A stretch of 64,000 nt of DNA from Bacteroidaceae bacterium (GTDB lineage Bacteria > Bacillota > Clostridia > Oscillospirales > Acutalibacteraceae), in assembly GCA_963623075.1 (NCBI GenBank), contig CAVFJZ010000005.1, forward strand, positions 7,713 through 71,712, read 5' to 3'. The notes beneath the pieces were generated by a model that saw only the letters and a program-made list of their open reading frames with translations, did no database searches and had not been told where the DNA came from. A program made the translations under genes and the position numbers. Positions 10,885-19,414 of the stretch are shown here, one piece after another. Each line of letters starts with the position of its first letter. The stretch's first letter is position 1.

Positions 10885-11776
10885 AGAACAGCCCTTGTAT
10901 TTTTGTCTGTATTAGTCCTGCCGCCAAACTACCTCCAGCATTTATCAAGAAATCCTTTAATCCAACAAGCAGGGCTTTTATTACACTTGGCTTCTTTTCT
11001 TGGGTAATTTTATCTCTGATTTCCGACAGCATTTCCAAGGCGGCGTCTTTATCCTCGCTCTGTAATTGTTCTTGAGAGATAGCGGCTTCAATTTCTGAAA
11101 CAGCTGTGTTTGCTTTATCATACGAAAAAGTCACATTTTCGTTTCCAGAAATTATTTGCATTCCTTTGCTTGGACCATTTATGACATTCGTTGCCCCATA
11201 ATAATTATTGACAGTCTGGGGCATACTTTTCGCCGTTTGTTTTTCCTCATCGCTGAACCGCATTCCTTCACCGAGAACGCCTTCTTCTTCGAGTTTTAGG
11301 GTCCATTCCAAAATAGTGTTTTTAACTTTTTCGACAATGTCCATTACCGAAGCACCGGAAATATGAAGAGCATATCTCATTGGCAAGGGAGAATCGAACA
11401 TCCGATTAAAAAGCTCCAATTGCTCACCAGAAAATTCAGATATCAATTCATTCTCAGCATTTTTGCAAAGAGTAATGATTTCTGAAATGGAATTTGGGAC
11501 TCTTTTCTCGCAGATTGCTTTCTCAAGCTCTGCGTCAGGTATTAAAGTAGGAATCCAGCCCTGATATGGATTGAAAGCCTTTAATACACCTCTGACTTTA
11601 CGATATTCAGGACATGTGTCCTGATTTGGGTAACCATTTAATTCATAAGAAATCCACTGATCAAACTCTTTCAATCCCAGCTTTACAGCAATCACATGAG
11701 CGCGACGAAGTATTTTTACAACATCACACTCTGATGACGTGATTTCATTTTGAAGATCAATAACAATACTGCTCAT
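10883..11776 (-). CDS. AbiTii-domain (abortive infection-like) protein with hydrophobic C-terminal helix
   Basis: The N-terminus (VVKILRRAHVIAVKLGLKEFDQWISYELNGYP...EYRKVRGVLKAFNPYQGWIP) matches my memory of the AbiTii domain pattern. GGAGG RBS overlaps the hsdR stop. Confidence 0.6.
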   Translation of the reverse strand: MSSIVIDLQNEITSSECDVVKILRRAHVIAVKLGLKEFDQWISYELNGYPNQDTCPEYRKVRGVLKAFNPYQGWIPTLIPDAELEKAICEKRVPNSISEIITLCKNAENELISEFSGEQLELFNRMFDSPLPMRYALHISGASVMDIVEKVKNTILEWTLKLEEEGVLGEGMRFSDEEKQTAKSMPQTVNNYYGATNVINGPSKGMQIISGNENVTFSYDKANTAVSEIEAAISQEQLQSEDKDAALEMLSEIRDKITQEKKPSVIKALLVGLKDFLINAGGSLAAGLIQTKIQGLF

Positions 11777-11785
11777 ATTTCCTCC

Positions 11786-14700
11786 TTACGCAGCCACTCT
11801 GTAGCGCGTGTAAACATATTCGTAAATACGCTGGCGGTATTCGGAAATGCTGATTTCGTCATAGCACTCCGGCAGTTCGGCCCAGAGCGTATCGCGGATG
11901 AGATTCTCCACAGCGGCTTTTGTTTCCTGCTTATCTGTCCAGTGATCAAGCTCCGCAATTTTAGCCTTTATCTTTTTCAGAAGGCTTGCAGCCACTTCCT
12001 TGATTTTCTTGATATCCGTCTTGGAGAGATCGTCCCGGAAAAGCATGTCGTACAGCGAAAGCTCCTCATCGCTCTCAAAGCCCTCGCGGACATACCGCTG
12101 TTCTTCCTGATCGAGACTATTGGCCAGATCCATCAGGTCCATAAAGGTTTTCTCAATGGTGGCACGATCCTGCTCACTGTTATAATCAGTGATGATCTGT
12201 TGATACCGCTCATAATAATCAATACGATCCGGATTATTGAAAAGCAGCCGGTCGAGCTTCTGCTGGATGATTTCCTCCAAATCCTTCATTACGAGGTTCT
12301 TTTTCTTCACCTTCGCAAATTCCCGGCGGAGCAAATCAAAGTCGATTGCACTGATGTCAAACCGGCGGGGCTCTTCTTTGACCATCATCGGTGCATCATC
12401 GATCTCCACATATTCGCTGATGATAGAATTAATTTCCACCATCAGATCTGTTGTATCAACGTGACGGCGCTTTTTCTGAAGCTCTCCGTAAATAGCGGCG
12501 ATGGCCTCGTATTCTTTGCGCGTCTGTCCGGTAATATCGTCACGATCCGTGTATTTCATCAAACGGATCAATTCAGATGCGTATGTGGAGAAGGATTTCT
12601 TATCTTCAATAGTACCGCATACGGCATTGGCGGCGGTCTGAAGAAGAGCCAGCTTCATAAAGTCAACTGCGGCCACAAGATCGGCAAGCTCAAAATCGCG
12701 CTCACGGAGGAAGGCTTTCGCCTTTTCAATCGTATCGAGAATACGGGCTATCAGCTCGTCCTTATCAACGGTAGGATCGCCTCCGGGCGTATTTATGTTC
12801 GCGGTGTAATCAGCCAGAGCTTTGCGGAGGGCTTTTACGATGCCAATATAATCGATAATCAAACCGTTACTCTTGCCTTCGTTCACACGGTTTGCACGGG
12901 CAATGGTCTGCATAAGAGTATGTGCCTTCAGCGGCTTGTCGAGATACAGGCAGGACAGGCACTTCACGTCAAAGCCGGTGAGCCACATGGCGCAGACGAA
13001 TACCACCCTAAGCGGATTGGATGCATCTTTGAACTCCTTGTCCAGCTCACGCTTTTCCATTTTCGCCCTGTGATATTTGATATCCAGATCCCATTTTTTG
13101 AAGGTCTGAATCTCATTCTGCTCCTGACTGATCACAACGGCCATTTCCGTTTCTTCCATCCATTTTAGCTTGCGCTCCAGTTCCTGCGCTTCTTGCTGCG
13201 TAGCCGTTTTAATTTTCGCTTTCAGAGCTTTGATTTCTTCTTTCCAGTACGCCTGAACGAAATTATACATACGGACACACGTGACTTTATTGAGGCACAC
13301 GAACATTGCCTTGCCGCTGGTCCACAGGTCGGAATAGTGACCGACAAAATCTTTCGCTATGGATTTCAGGCGAGGTTCCGCCGTCATCAGATGGATTTCC
13401 TTAGCAAATTCCGCTTCGAGCTTATCCTGCTGATCGACGTCGATATCAGCGTTTTCGATGGCGTCAAGTATGCGGTCGGTGATCTCCGGATTATGGAGAT
13501 CGAGTATCTTTTCGCCGCGATTCTCATAGTACAGCGGAACGGTCGCACCGTCCTCCACGGCGCGTTTGAAATCGTAAACAGAGATATAGCCGCCGAAGGT
13601 GCGCGCAGTGATATTGTCGCTGGACAGGAGCGGAGTGCCGGTGAAACCGATACGGGCTGCTGTCGGAAGCAGCTTCATCATGTTGTCGGCAAAGATACCG
13701 TACTGACTGCGGTGCGCTTCATCCGACATAATGATAATATCGTGATCCGGGTAAATCGGCTGTTCGTCCGACCTGTTGAATTTCTGTATCAGCGTGAATA
13801 TGAAGCTCGGATTGCCTTTCAACTTCGTGACGAGGTCACCGCCGCTTGTGGCGATAAACTGTGAGGCTTTCGTTTTACCGAGCAGACCGCAATTTTCAAA
13901 GGTGTCGCTGATCTGCTTGTTCAGTTCATCGCGGTCGGTCAACACCACGATTGTAGGCGATCCGGCAAACTTGCGGCGGATCTTCTGCGCGAGAAATACC
14001 ATAGAATAGCTCTTACCGGAACCTTGAGTATGCCAGAACACGCCCAGTTTGCCGTCGTTGAGCTTCCGTGCCTCGTATGCCTTGACCGCCTCGTTTACAC
14101 CGAGATACTGGTGGTTACGGGCAAGGATTTTTACCGTATTGCCGCCGGAGTGGTCATACAGGATGAAATTCTCCAGCAGATCAAGGAAGTTCTCTTTTTT
14201 GCAGATGCCGCGCAGCATCGTTTCCAAAGCTACGCTGCCTTGCTCTTTTTCGTCAAGGCGCTTCCATTCATGGAAGAATTCATACTTGCTGCCCAGCGTG
14301 CCGACCTTGGCCTCGGTGCCGTTAGACAGTATAAGGAAGGCGTTATAATAGAACAGATGAGGTATCGTATCCTGATAATCGGTATAATTATCATCGTAGG
14401 CGTTCTGTACGTCTACGGTGTTTTTCTTTAATTCCACGAAAAGGAGCGGCAGGCCGTTCACAAAGCCAACGATATCCGTGCGGCGGCGGTAGAGATCGCC
14501 GTGAATCTTCAGTTCTTTGACAGCGAGGAAGTGGTTATTCTCCGGGTGGAGGAAATCGATCACGGCAGCTTTCTTTGTTTCCGTTTTGCCGTCCGGACGC
14601 TTTACTGTCACGGGAATGCCGTCGCGGATTAGGAAATACTTTTCTTCGTTAACCTGAAGGAGCGAGGCTGTGGACAGGCGTTTTTCCAAAACAGCCTGTG

Positions 14701-14923
14701 CTTCAAGAATCTGCGTCTCGGTGATCCAAGGATTGAGCTTTTTCAGGGCAGCACGGAAATATCGCACAAGCAGAATCTCTTTGTACGATTTCCTGCCGAA
14801 GGTGCCATCGTCGCCCAGCACCTCCGTGTTATATGCAAATTTCACTTCCCATTGGAGCTCTTCCCGGAGAAGGTTTCCGGCACTTTCCTGCACAAGTATA
14901 TTTTCTGAATAATCATAGCTCAT
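11786..14923 (-). CDS. hsdR: Type I restriction endonuclease subunit R
   Basis: 1045 aa. Walker A (HTQGSGKS), DEAH box (MSDEAHRSQ) and typical HsdR N- and C-terminal regions. Confidence 0.93.
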   Translation of the reverse strand: MSYDYSENILVQESAGNLLREELQWEVKFAYNTEVLGDDGTFGRKSYKEILLVRYFRAALKKLNPWITETQILEAQAVLEKRLSTASLLQVNEEKYFLIRDGIPVTVKRPDGKTETKKAAVIDFLHPENNHFLAVKELKIHGDLYRRRTDIVGFVNGLPLLFVELKKNTVDVQNAYDDNYTDYQDTIPHLFYYNAFLILSNGTEAKVGTLGSKYEFFHEWKRLDEKEQGSVALETMLRGICKKENFLDLLENFILYDHSGGNTVKILARNHQYLGVNEAVKAYEARKLNDGKLGVFWHTQGSGKSYSMVFLAQKIRRKFAGSPTIVVLTDRDELNKQISDTFENCGLLGKTKASQFIATSGGDLVTKLKGNPSFIFTLIQKFNRSDEQPIYPDHDIIIMSDEAHRSQYGIFADNMMKLLPTAARIGFTGTPLLSSDNITARTFGGYISVYDFKRAVEDGATVPLYYENRGEKILDLHNPEITDRILDAIENADIDVDQQDKLEAEFAKEIHLMTAEPRLKSIAKDFVGHYSDLWTSGKAMFVCLNKVTCVRMYNFVQAYWKEEIKALKAKIKTATQQEAQELERKLKWMEETEMAVVISQEQNEIQTFKKWDLDIKYHRAKMEKRELDKEFKDASNPLRVVFVCAMWLTGFDVKCLSCLYLDKPLKAHTLMQTIARANRVNEGKSNGLIIDYIGIVKALRKALADYTANINTPGGDPTVDKDELIARILDTIEKAKAFLRERDFELADLVAAVDFMKLALLQTAANAVCGTIEDKKSFSTYASELIRLMKYTDRDDITGQTRKEYEAIAAIYGELQKKRRHVDTTDLMVEINSIISEYVEIDDAPMMVKEEPRRFDISAIDFDLLRREFAKVKKKNLVMKDLEEIIQQKLDRLLFNNPDRIDYYERYQQIITDYNSEQDRATIEKTFMDLMDLANSLDQEEQRYVREGFESDEELSLYDMLFRDDLSKTDIKKIKEVAASLLKKIKAKIAELDHWTDKQETKAAVENLIRDTLWAELPECYDEISISEYRQRIYEYVYTRYRVAA

Positions 14924-14934
14924 GCCGCCACCTC

Positions 14935-15780
14935 CTATCCTTCAACAATTTGCTTTTTAAACTCATCAAATGCTTTTTTGCGTTCTACCTGCTCTAATTC
15001 CATAAATGCAAGAAGACACATTTGATAAGTTTCGTCATACCAATGTTCTAATTCCCCCTTGTCAAGTTCGGATACGATTCGTTTATATTTTCCTTTATTT
15101 GAGGGATCAACATTGTTGTGTCGCAAATTCAAATTATTAAAGAGGAAAAACAGATCATCTTTCAAAGAAGATGAGATTTTCTGCAATTCTTTAGATTTTG
15201 CCTCAAGTATCTGGGCAAGTTGCAAAATAATATGTTTTTTCTTTTCAATGTCACCTTTAAGGGCATAATGATCATATTCCAGCACCTTGTATGATAGCTC
15301 TGCCGGAATTAGGTCGCTTTCTGATACAGCAATAGCTACAGGAGATTTTTCAACGAAGATCGTTTTTCCATCATCACTTGCAGATGTATATCCTATGGCT
15401 TCGATCACAAGTCGAATTTGTTCGAGGATAAATGGAATGTTCACTTCCATAGATACAAAGCCGCCATATCCTCCAGAAAAATTAGCCGCTTGCAGGCCGA
15501 AGAGCATATTTTGCAGATATTCACAAAATGAAACCAGATAATCAATATTAAAATCATTTGGCTCTGCTTCGAATTTGAAGCCATACTTTTGATCGAATTC
15601 TTCTATGCTAAGGCACGTCCCACGAAAATAAAAATGTGCAAAATTCTCTCCAAAAACTTCATATAAAGATTTCGTTCTATGATCAATGGCTTCTTGATGT
15701 AATATCGAATACAGCTTACGATACTCTTGTCTGATATCTACGTTGCCTTCCCTTAATACTTGTGCAAAAGACTTCCTCAT
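14935..15780 (-). CDS. Hypothetical protein embedded between hsdS and hsdR (no recognisable motif)
   Basis: 281-aa ORF. GAGGTG RBS lies inside the hsdS 3' end, and the junction with the hsdS stop reads TAAtATG. 11-nt gap to hsdR. Much more AT-rich than its neighbours. Confidence 0.75.
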   Translation of the reverse strand: MRKSFAQVLREGNVDIRQEYRKLYSILHQEAIDHRTKSLYEVFGENFAHFYFRGTCLSIEEFDQKYGFKFEAEPNDFNIDYLVSFCEYLQNMLFGLQAANFSGGYGGFVSMEVNIPFILEQIRLVIEAIGYTSASDDGKTIFVEKSPVAIAVSESDLIPAELSYKVLEYDHYALKGDIEKKKHIILQLAQILEAKSKELQKISSSLKDDLFFLFNNLNLRHNNVDPSNKGKYKRIVSELDKGELEHWYDETYQMCLLAFMELEQVERKKAFDEFKKQIVEG

Positions 15781-15781
15781 A

Positions 15782-16954
15782 TTACACCTCGATTTCGCTG
15801 CTCATCAGCTTGGGAAGCAGACGGTCACGGGCCTGTGCCGCAATTTCATTCTCCCTTTGCAATAACCGTATTCTTTCAAAATATGGGGAGACAATGCCGC
15901 AAAAAGCAGTTAGGACTCCTTCACTCGGGACTCTCAGCACCAATGCGTTTAAATCCTTGGCATAGACATGAGGTTGTGCGGATCCTTTTTGCAGAGAATT
16001 CAGTTTCATCGCATTGGTCTTCAGGAAGCAATAAACAAAAAGCAGGAATGGCGTGCTATTGCTATCAATGTAAGAGCAATCTGAGGCAAAAACATCTATA
16101 TTATAGAGCCTTGTAAAACCTGCATTAGCGCCAGAAGCACTAACCGTTATAACCGGAGCAGTTGTGTTTGCCTTGTTGTGATAATATGCTGGCTCCAATC
16201 CTCCAGCTACGACAGGGATATTTCCATCTGAAACTTGAGCTTTCGTTATTGTTTTTCCACGTTTAAAGACTGCAATATCACCGAGAGTACCATCCGCCCA
16301 TCCTTCCGGCACACCGTCAACGATAGGAGTATCCTCATATCCGGGGAAGCGGAGGTCGACAAACCACTCCTTATATAACCGCTGTGCCGCTTCTTCAAGC
16401 AGTTTGATTTGCTTCTGGTTGTTTTCGATGAGGTTGTCGTAGGCAGCAATAATAGCAGAGATTTTGCATTGCAGTTCGTAATCAGGTATATCAAAGGAAA
16501 ATGATTTTATAGTGTCTAATGTTATGCTTGCTTGATTGGCAGCACCTCTTGCTTCGCCAATTACATGTCCTTTGAAATCATCACAGCGCAATCTGTAATA
16601 CAGAAAATCCCTATCGACTCTTTCATTGGGGATTAGTTTAACTGCATTCTGATTCAATAAAGCTCCATCAAGATAATAAGGCACATGAACGACTTTGCCG
16701 ACAACAGATGCAGGGTTGTACTGCCAAGATCCAACGGTTTGAACAATTATATCTTTCTCGCGTAAAACGAAGTCAGAATAATTGACTCTCTCTCTTTCAG
16801 GATAGTATTTCAAATCTTCATCTGAAATACTGTCTAATGTAAAATTTGATACGCGTACTATTGGTACTCCGGACTCAACATACAAATCACTTTTAAACGC
16901 AAACCCCTTTTTTGTTGATACCAATTCGCCTACAGTAACTCTATTCCAACTCAT
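15782..16954 (-). CDS. hsdS: Type I restriction-modification specificity subunit S
   Basis: Two target-recognition halves separated by a conserved helical spacer (LIENNQKQIKLLEEAAQRLYKEWFVDLRFPG). The terminal helix is RDRLLPKLMS. ATGA overlap with hsdM. Confidence 0.9.
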   Translation of the reverse strand: MSWNRVTVGELVSTKKGFAFKSDLYVESGVPIVRVSNFTLDSISDEDLKYYPERERVNYSDFVLREKDIIVQTVGSWQYNPASVVGKVVHVPYYLDGALLNQNAVKLIPNERVDRDFLYYRLRCDDFKGHVIGEARGAANQASITLDTIKSFSFDIPDYELQCKISAIIAAYDNLIENNQKQIKLLEEAAQRLYKEWFVDLRFPGYEDTPIVDGVPEGWADGTLGDIAVFKRGKTITKAQVSDGNIPVVAGGLEPAYYHNKANTTAPVITVSASGANAGFTRLYNIDVFASDCSYIDSNSTPFLLFVYCFLKTNAMKLNSLQKGSAQPHVYAKDLNALVLRVPSEGVLTAFCGIVSPYFERIRLLQRENEIAAQARDRLLPKLMSSEIEV

Positions 16955-18816
16955 ATCCCCATCTCCTTCATATTCATTGAGATGGTATCCATCAAATCGT
17001 TGGATTCAGCCTGAAGGGACAGAAGTTCACGGTGAATCTCCGCCATACGCTCCGCAAAATCTATACCGTCATCCTCCACGGGAGCGACGCCCACATACGC
17101 GCCGGGTGTGAGCGACCAGCCCTTTTCTTCGATTTCGGCAAGTGAGGCCAGCTTACACAGTCCGAGTACGTCAGTATAAACACCGTCACCGAACTTCTCG
17201 TAGAGCCAGTGTGCTTCCTTGGCAACGTTCAGCATGTTCTCAATGTAGGCGACTCTATCGTCATACTCCTGCTGCACGCTCTTTTTGTCACGCTTCCCGG
17301 CAGCTTCCACTTCGGCTTTTGCGGCCTTTCGTAGTGTGGAGAGCTTTTCCTTCAGCGCAGAAACGATATCGGCAAAGGATTCCTGATATACAGCCTCTTT
17401 CAAATCGTCATTTTCAGCGGCCTCGGCTTCATCGTGCAGATAGTGGTGGTATTCCTGCAGCAGAGCCGTATACTTGTCGGTCTCACCGCGATAAAGCCAT
17501 ACGATGGCGTTCAGGTTTTTAAGCTGCCATTCGCTCCACTCATTCAGCGTTCGGTCCACAACTGTATAGTAATTCCGGGCATCGATGAACAGAACCTTAT
17601 CCCGGATTGCTTCGCCCTTCGCTTTATCGAAAAACCACAGGGAGCAAGGCAGCGATTTCGTATAGAAGAAATTATTACCGACGGAGATCATCACGTCAAC
17701 GTGACCGGTCTTGATGAGCTTTTCCCTGATATCCTTATCCTTGCCCTGACTATCCGTAGCAGAGGATGCCATAACAAAACCGGCGCGGCCATGCTCGTTC
17801 AGATAGGAATAGAAATAGGAGATCCATAGGTAATTGGCGTTGCCGACCTCTTTGTTCTTGTTTACGCTCGGCAGGCCGAACGGAAGACGTCCGGCGTTCT
17901 CGCAGGATTCGGCTTTGACCTTATCTACATTAAACGGAGGATTCGCCATGATGTAGTCACAGCAGCCGTTCAGGTTATGTGCGTCATGATAGAAGGTATT
18001 TGCCTCGTCTCCGGATTTGATAACACCCGTCAGGCCGTGCACCGCCATGTTCATCAGGCAGAGCTGAGCGTTGTACTCCACCTTTTCCTGTCCGTAGAAG
18101 GTCATGGTGCTGTTGGCATTCATACCGGCGGCGTTCACAAAATCTCCGCTCTGTACGAACATACCGCCGCTGCCGCACGCGCAATCGAGAAGAACACCCT
18201 GTTTCGGCTCAATGATGTTTACGATCATTTTTACGAGAGATTTCGGTGTGAAGAACACACCGTCATCAGAGGCGATGTTTTTAGCAAATTTGTTGAGGAA
18301 GTATTCGTAGATGCGCCCGATGATATCGCCGCCGACATCGTCAAGGGCGCTGTTATTGAAAATACGAAGAAGCTCTGCCAGCAGCTCGTCAGAGAAGTCG
18401 GTATAGCTTTTCGGCAAAACACCTGTGAGCTGTTCGCTTTGGTCCTCGATCAGCTGCATGGCGTTGTTGACCACTTCACCGAGACTGTTCATCGGGTGGC
18501 CGTCTTTATTGATAAGTCCTGCCGCCGCGATATTCTCCGGCAGATTGACAAGATACTCGTACTGCGCCTCTTTCGGCAGGAACAGTGCGCTCTTTGCGGA
18601 AAAGTCGCTGGCCTCCACGGGCATTACGCGTCCGCCGCGAGAGGGACGGTCTTTCAATATCTCGGCTTCGACCTTCTTGAAGCGGCTGTACGCATAGCGC
18701 AGAAAGATGAGACCCAGCACGGGCATACAGTATTGATTCGAGGTCAGCTTTGACCCGGCACGAAGGAGATCGGCGGATTCCCACAGTTCCGCTTCCAGTT
18801 TCCGTATGTTAATCAT
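16951..18816 (-). CDS. hsdM: Type I restriction-modification N6-adenine DNA methyltransferase subunit M
   Basis: HsdM N-terminal domain, SAM motif (LLDCACGSGGMF) and catalytic NPPF (IMANPPFNV). Confidence 0.93.
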   Translation of the reverse strand: MINIRKLEAELWESADLLRAGSKLTSNQYCMPVLGLIFLRYAYSRFKKVEAEILKDRPSRGGRVMPVEASDFSAKSALFLPKEAQYEYLVNLPENIAAAGLINKDGHPMNSLGEVVNNAMQLIEDQSEQLTGVLPKSYTDFSDELLAELLRIFNNSALDDVGGDIIGRIYEYFLNKFAKNIASDDGVFFTPKSLVKMIVNIIEPKQGVLLDCACGSGGMFVQSGDFVNAAGMNANSTMTFYGQEKVEYNAQLCLMNMAVHGLTGVIKSGDEANTFYHDAHNLNGCCDYIMANPPFNVDKVKAESCENAGRLPFGLPSVNKNKEVGNANYLWISYFYSYLNEHGRAGFVMASSATDSQGKDKDIREKLIKTGHVDVMISVGNNFFYTKSLPCSLWFFDKAKGEAIRDKVLFIDARNYYTVVDRTLNEWSEWQLKNLNAIVWLYRGETDKYTALLQEYHHYLHDEAEAAENDDLKEAVYQESFADIVSALKEKLSTLRKAAKAEVEAAGKRDKKSVQQEYDDRVAYIENMLNVAKEAHWLYEKFGDGVYTDVLGLCKLASLAEIEEKGWSLTPGAYVGVAPVEDDGIDFAERMAEIHRELLSLQAESNDLMDTISMNMKEMGI

Positions 18817-19039
18817 CCTTTTTCTCTCCTTCCGGGTTATCGGGTATAAACTCCATCATATCGTTGGGGGAGCAGCCCATAGCGTGGCAAATGCTCTCTA
18901 CCTTATCCAAGGCGATGTACTGCCCGTTTTTGATTTTTGTAATTATGTTTGCGGAAATGTTCGCACGGCGCATCAGCTCTGCATTGGAAATATCCCGTTC
19001 GATCATCATATGCATTAGTGGTTTATAACTCACGGCCAT
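18809..19039 (-). CDS. XRE-family helix-turn-helix protein (candidate controller of the R-M operon)
   Basis: 76 aa. HTH region ISNAELMRRANISANIITKIKNGQ. Overlaps the hsdM start by 8 nt. Confidence 0.8.
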   Translation of the reverse strand: MAVSYKPLMHMMIERDISNAELMRRANISANIITKIKNGQYIALDKVESICHAMGCSPNDMMEFIPDNPEGEKKDD

Positions 19040-19072
19040 ATCATCAGACTCCTTATCTCAAATAACTTATTC

Positions 19073-19101
19073 AGTATATCACACTTATGTGAAAAAATCA
19101 A
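19073..19101 (-). promoter_or_regulatory. Sigma-A-type promoter for the XRE-hsdMS-orfX-hsdR-abi operon
   Basis: On the minus strand: TTGATT, a 17-nt spacer, then TGaTATACT (extended -10). It lies about 35 nt upstream of the XRE start. Confidence 0.45.
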
Positions 19102-19143
19102 TAAATATATTTTGAATTTTAGACCTCCGGGAATTTCTCGGAG

Positions 19144-19385
19144 TTTTTTCATTTTCTTTCGTTCAAAATCGCTCCTTTTGTCCAGTGGGTAGTGGAGAGA
19201 AGAAATTTTCGGAAACCGTCAGTTTTGGCCCTCCGCCGAGGCTACCAGATGAGGGAACGAAATTTTTCTTCAAAAAAAGCGGACCACATCGGCTGTTCAT
19301 GACCGGTGGGAAGTGAAGGAAAGATTTTTCTCCGAAAAAGCGGACCACTTGGATGGTTTTCCTCCAGTGGGTATTGAGGACGGGA
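19144..19385. repeat. Four degenerate direct repeats of about 60 bp upstream of the primase gene
   Basis: Units start near 19144, 19206, 19263 and 19325. The shared pattern is TTTTC..GAAA..CGGACCAC..CCAGTGGG.A.TGAGGA. The last two units are the most similar. Confidence 0.55.
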
Positions 19386-19414
19386 TAAGCCCTCCGGAAA
19401 GGATGATCAGAAAT

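Noticed and set aside
11750-13168. 472-aa ORF on the plus strand opposite hsdR. Similar long antisense ORFs occur at 439-1386, 5196-5930, 13193-13864, 17977-18753, 19538-20428, 24293-25132, 34995-35840, 54123-54875, 58543-59145 and 61162-61680.
   Set aside because: All lie fully inside well-supported genes on the opposite strand. They have odd, low-complexity compositions (rich in I/F/L/R) and no RBS or recognisable motifs, so they look like shadow ORFs.
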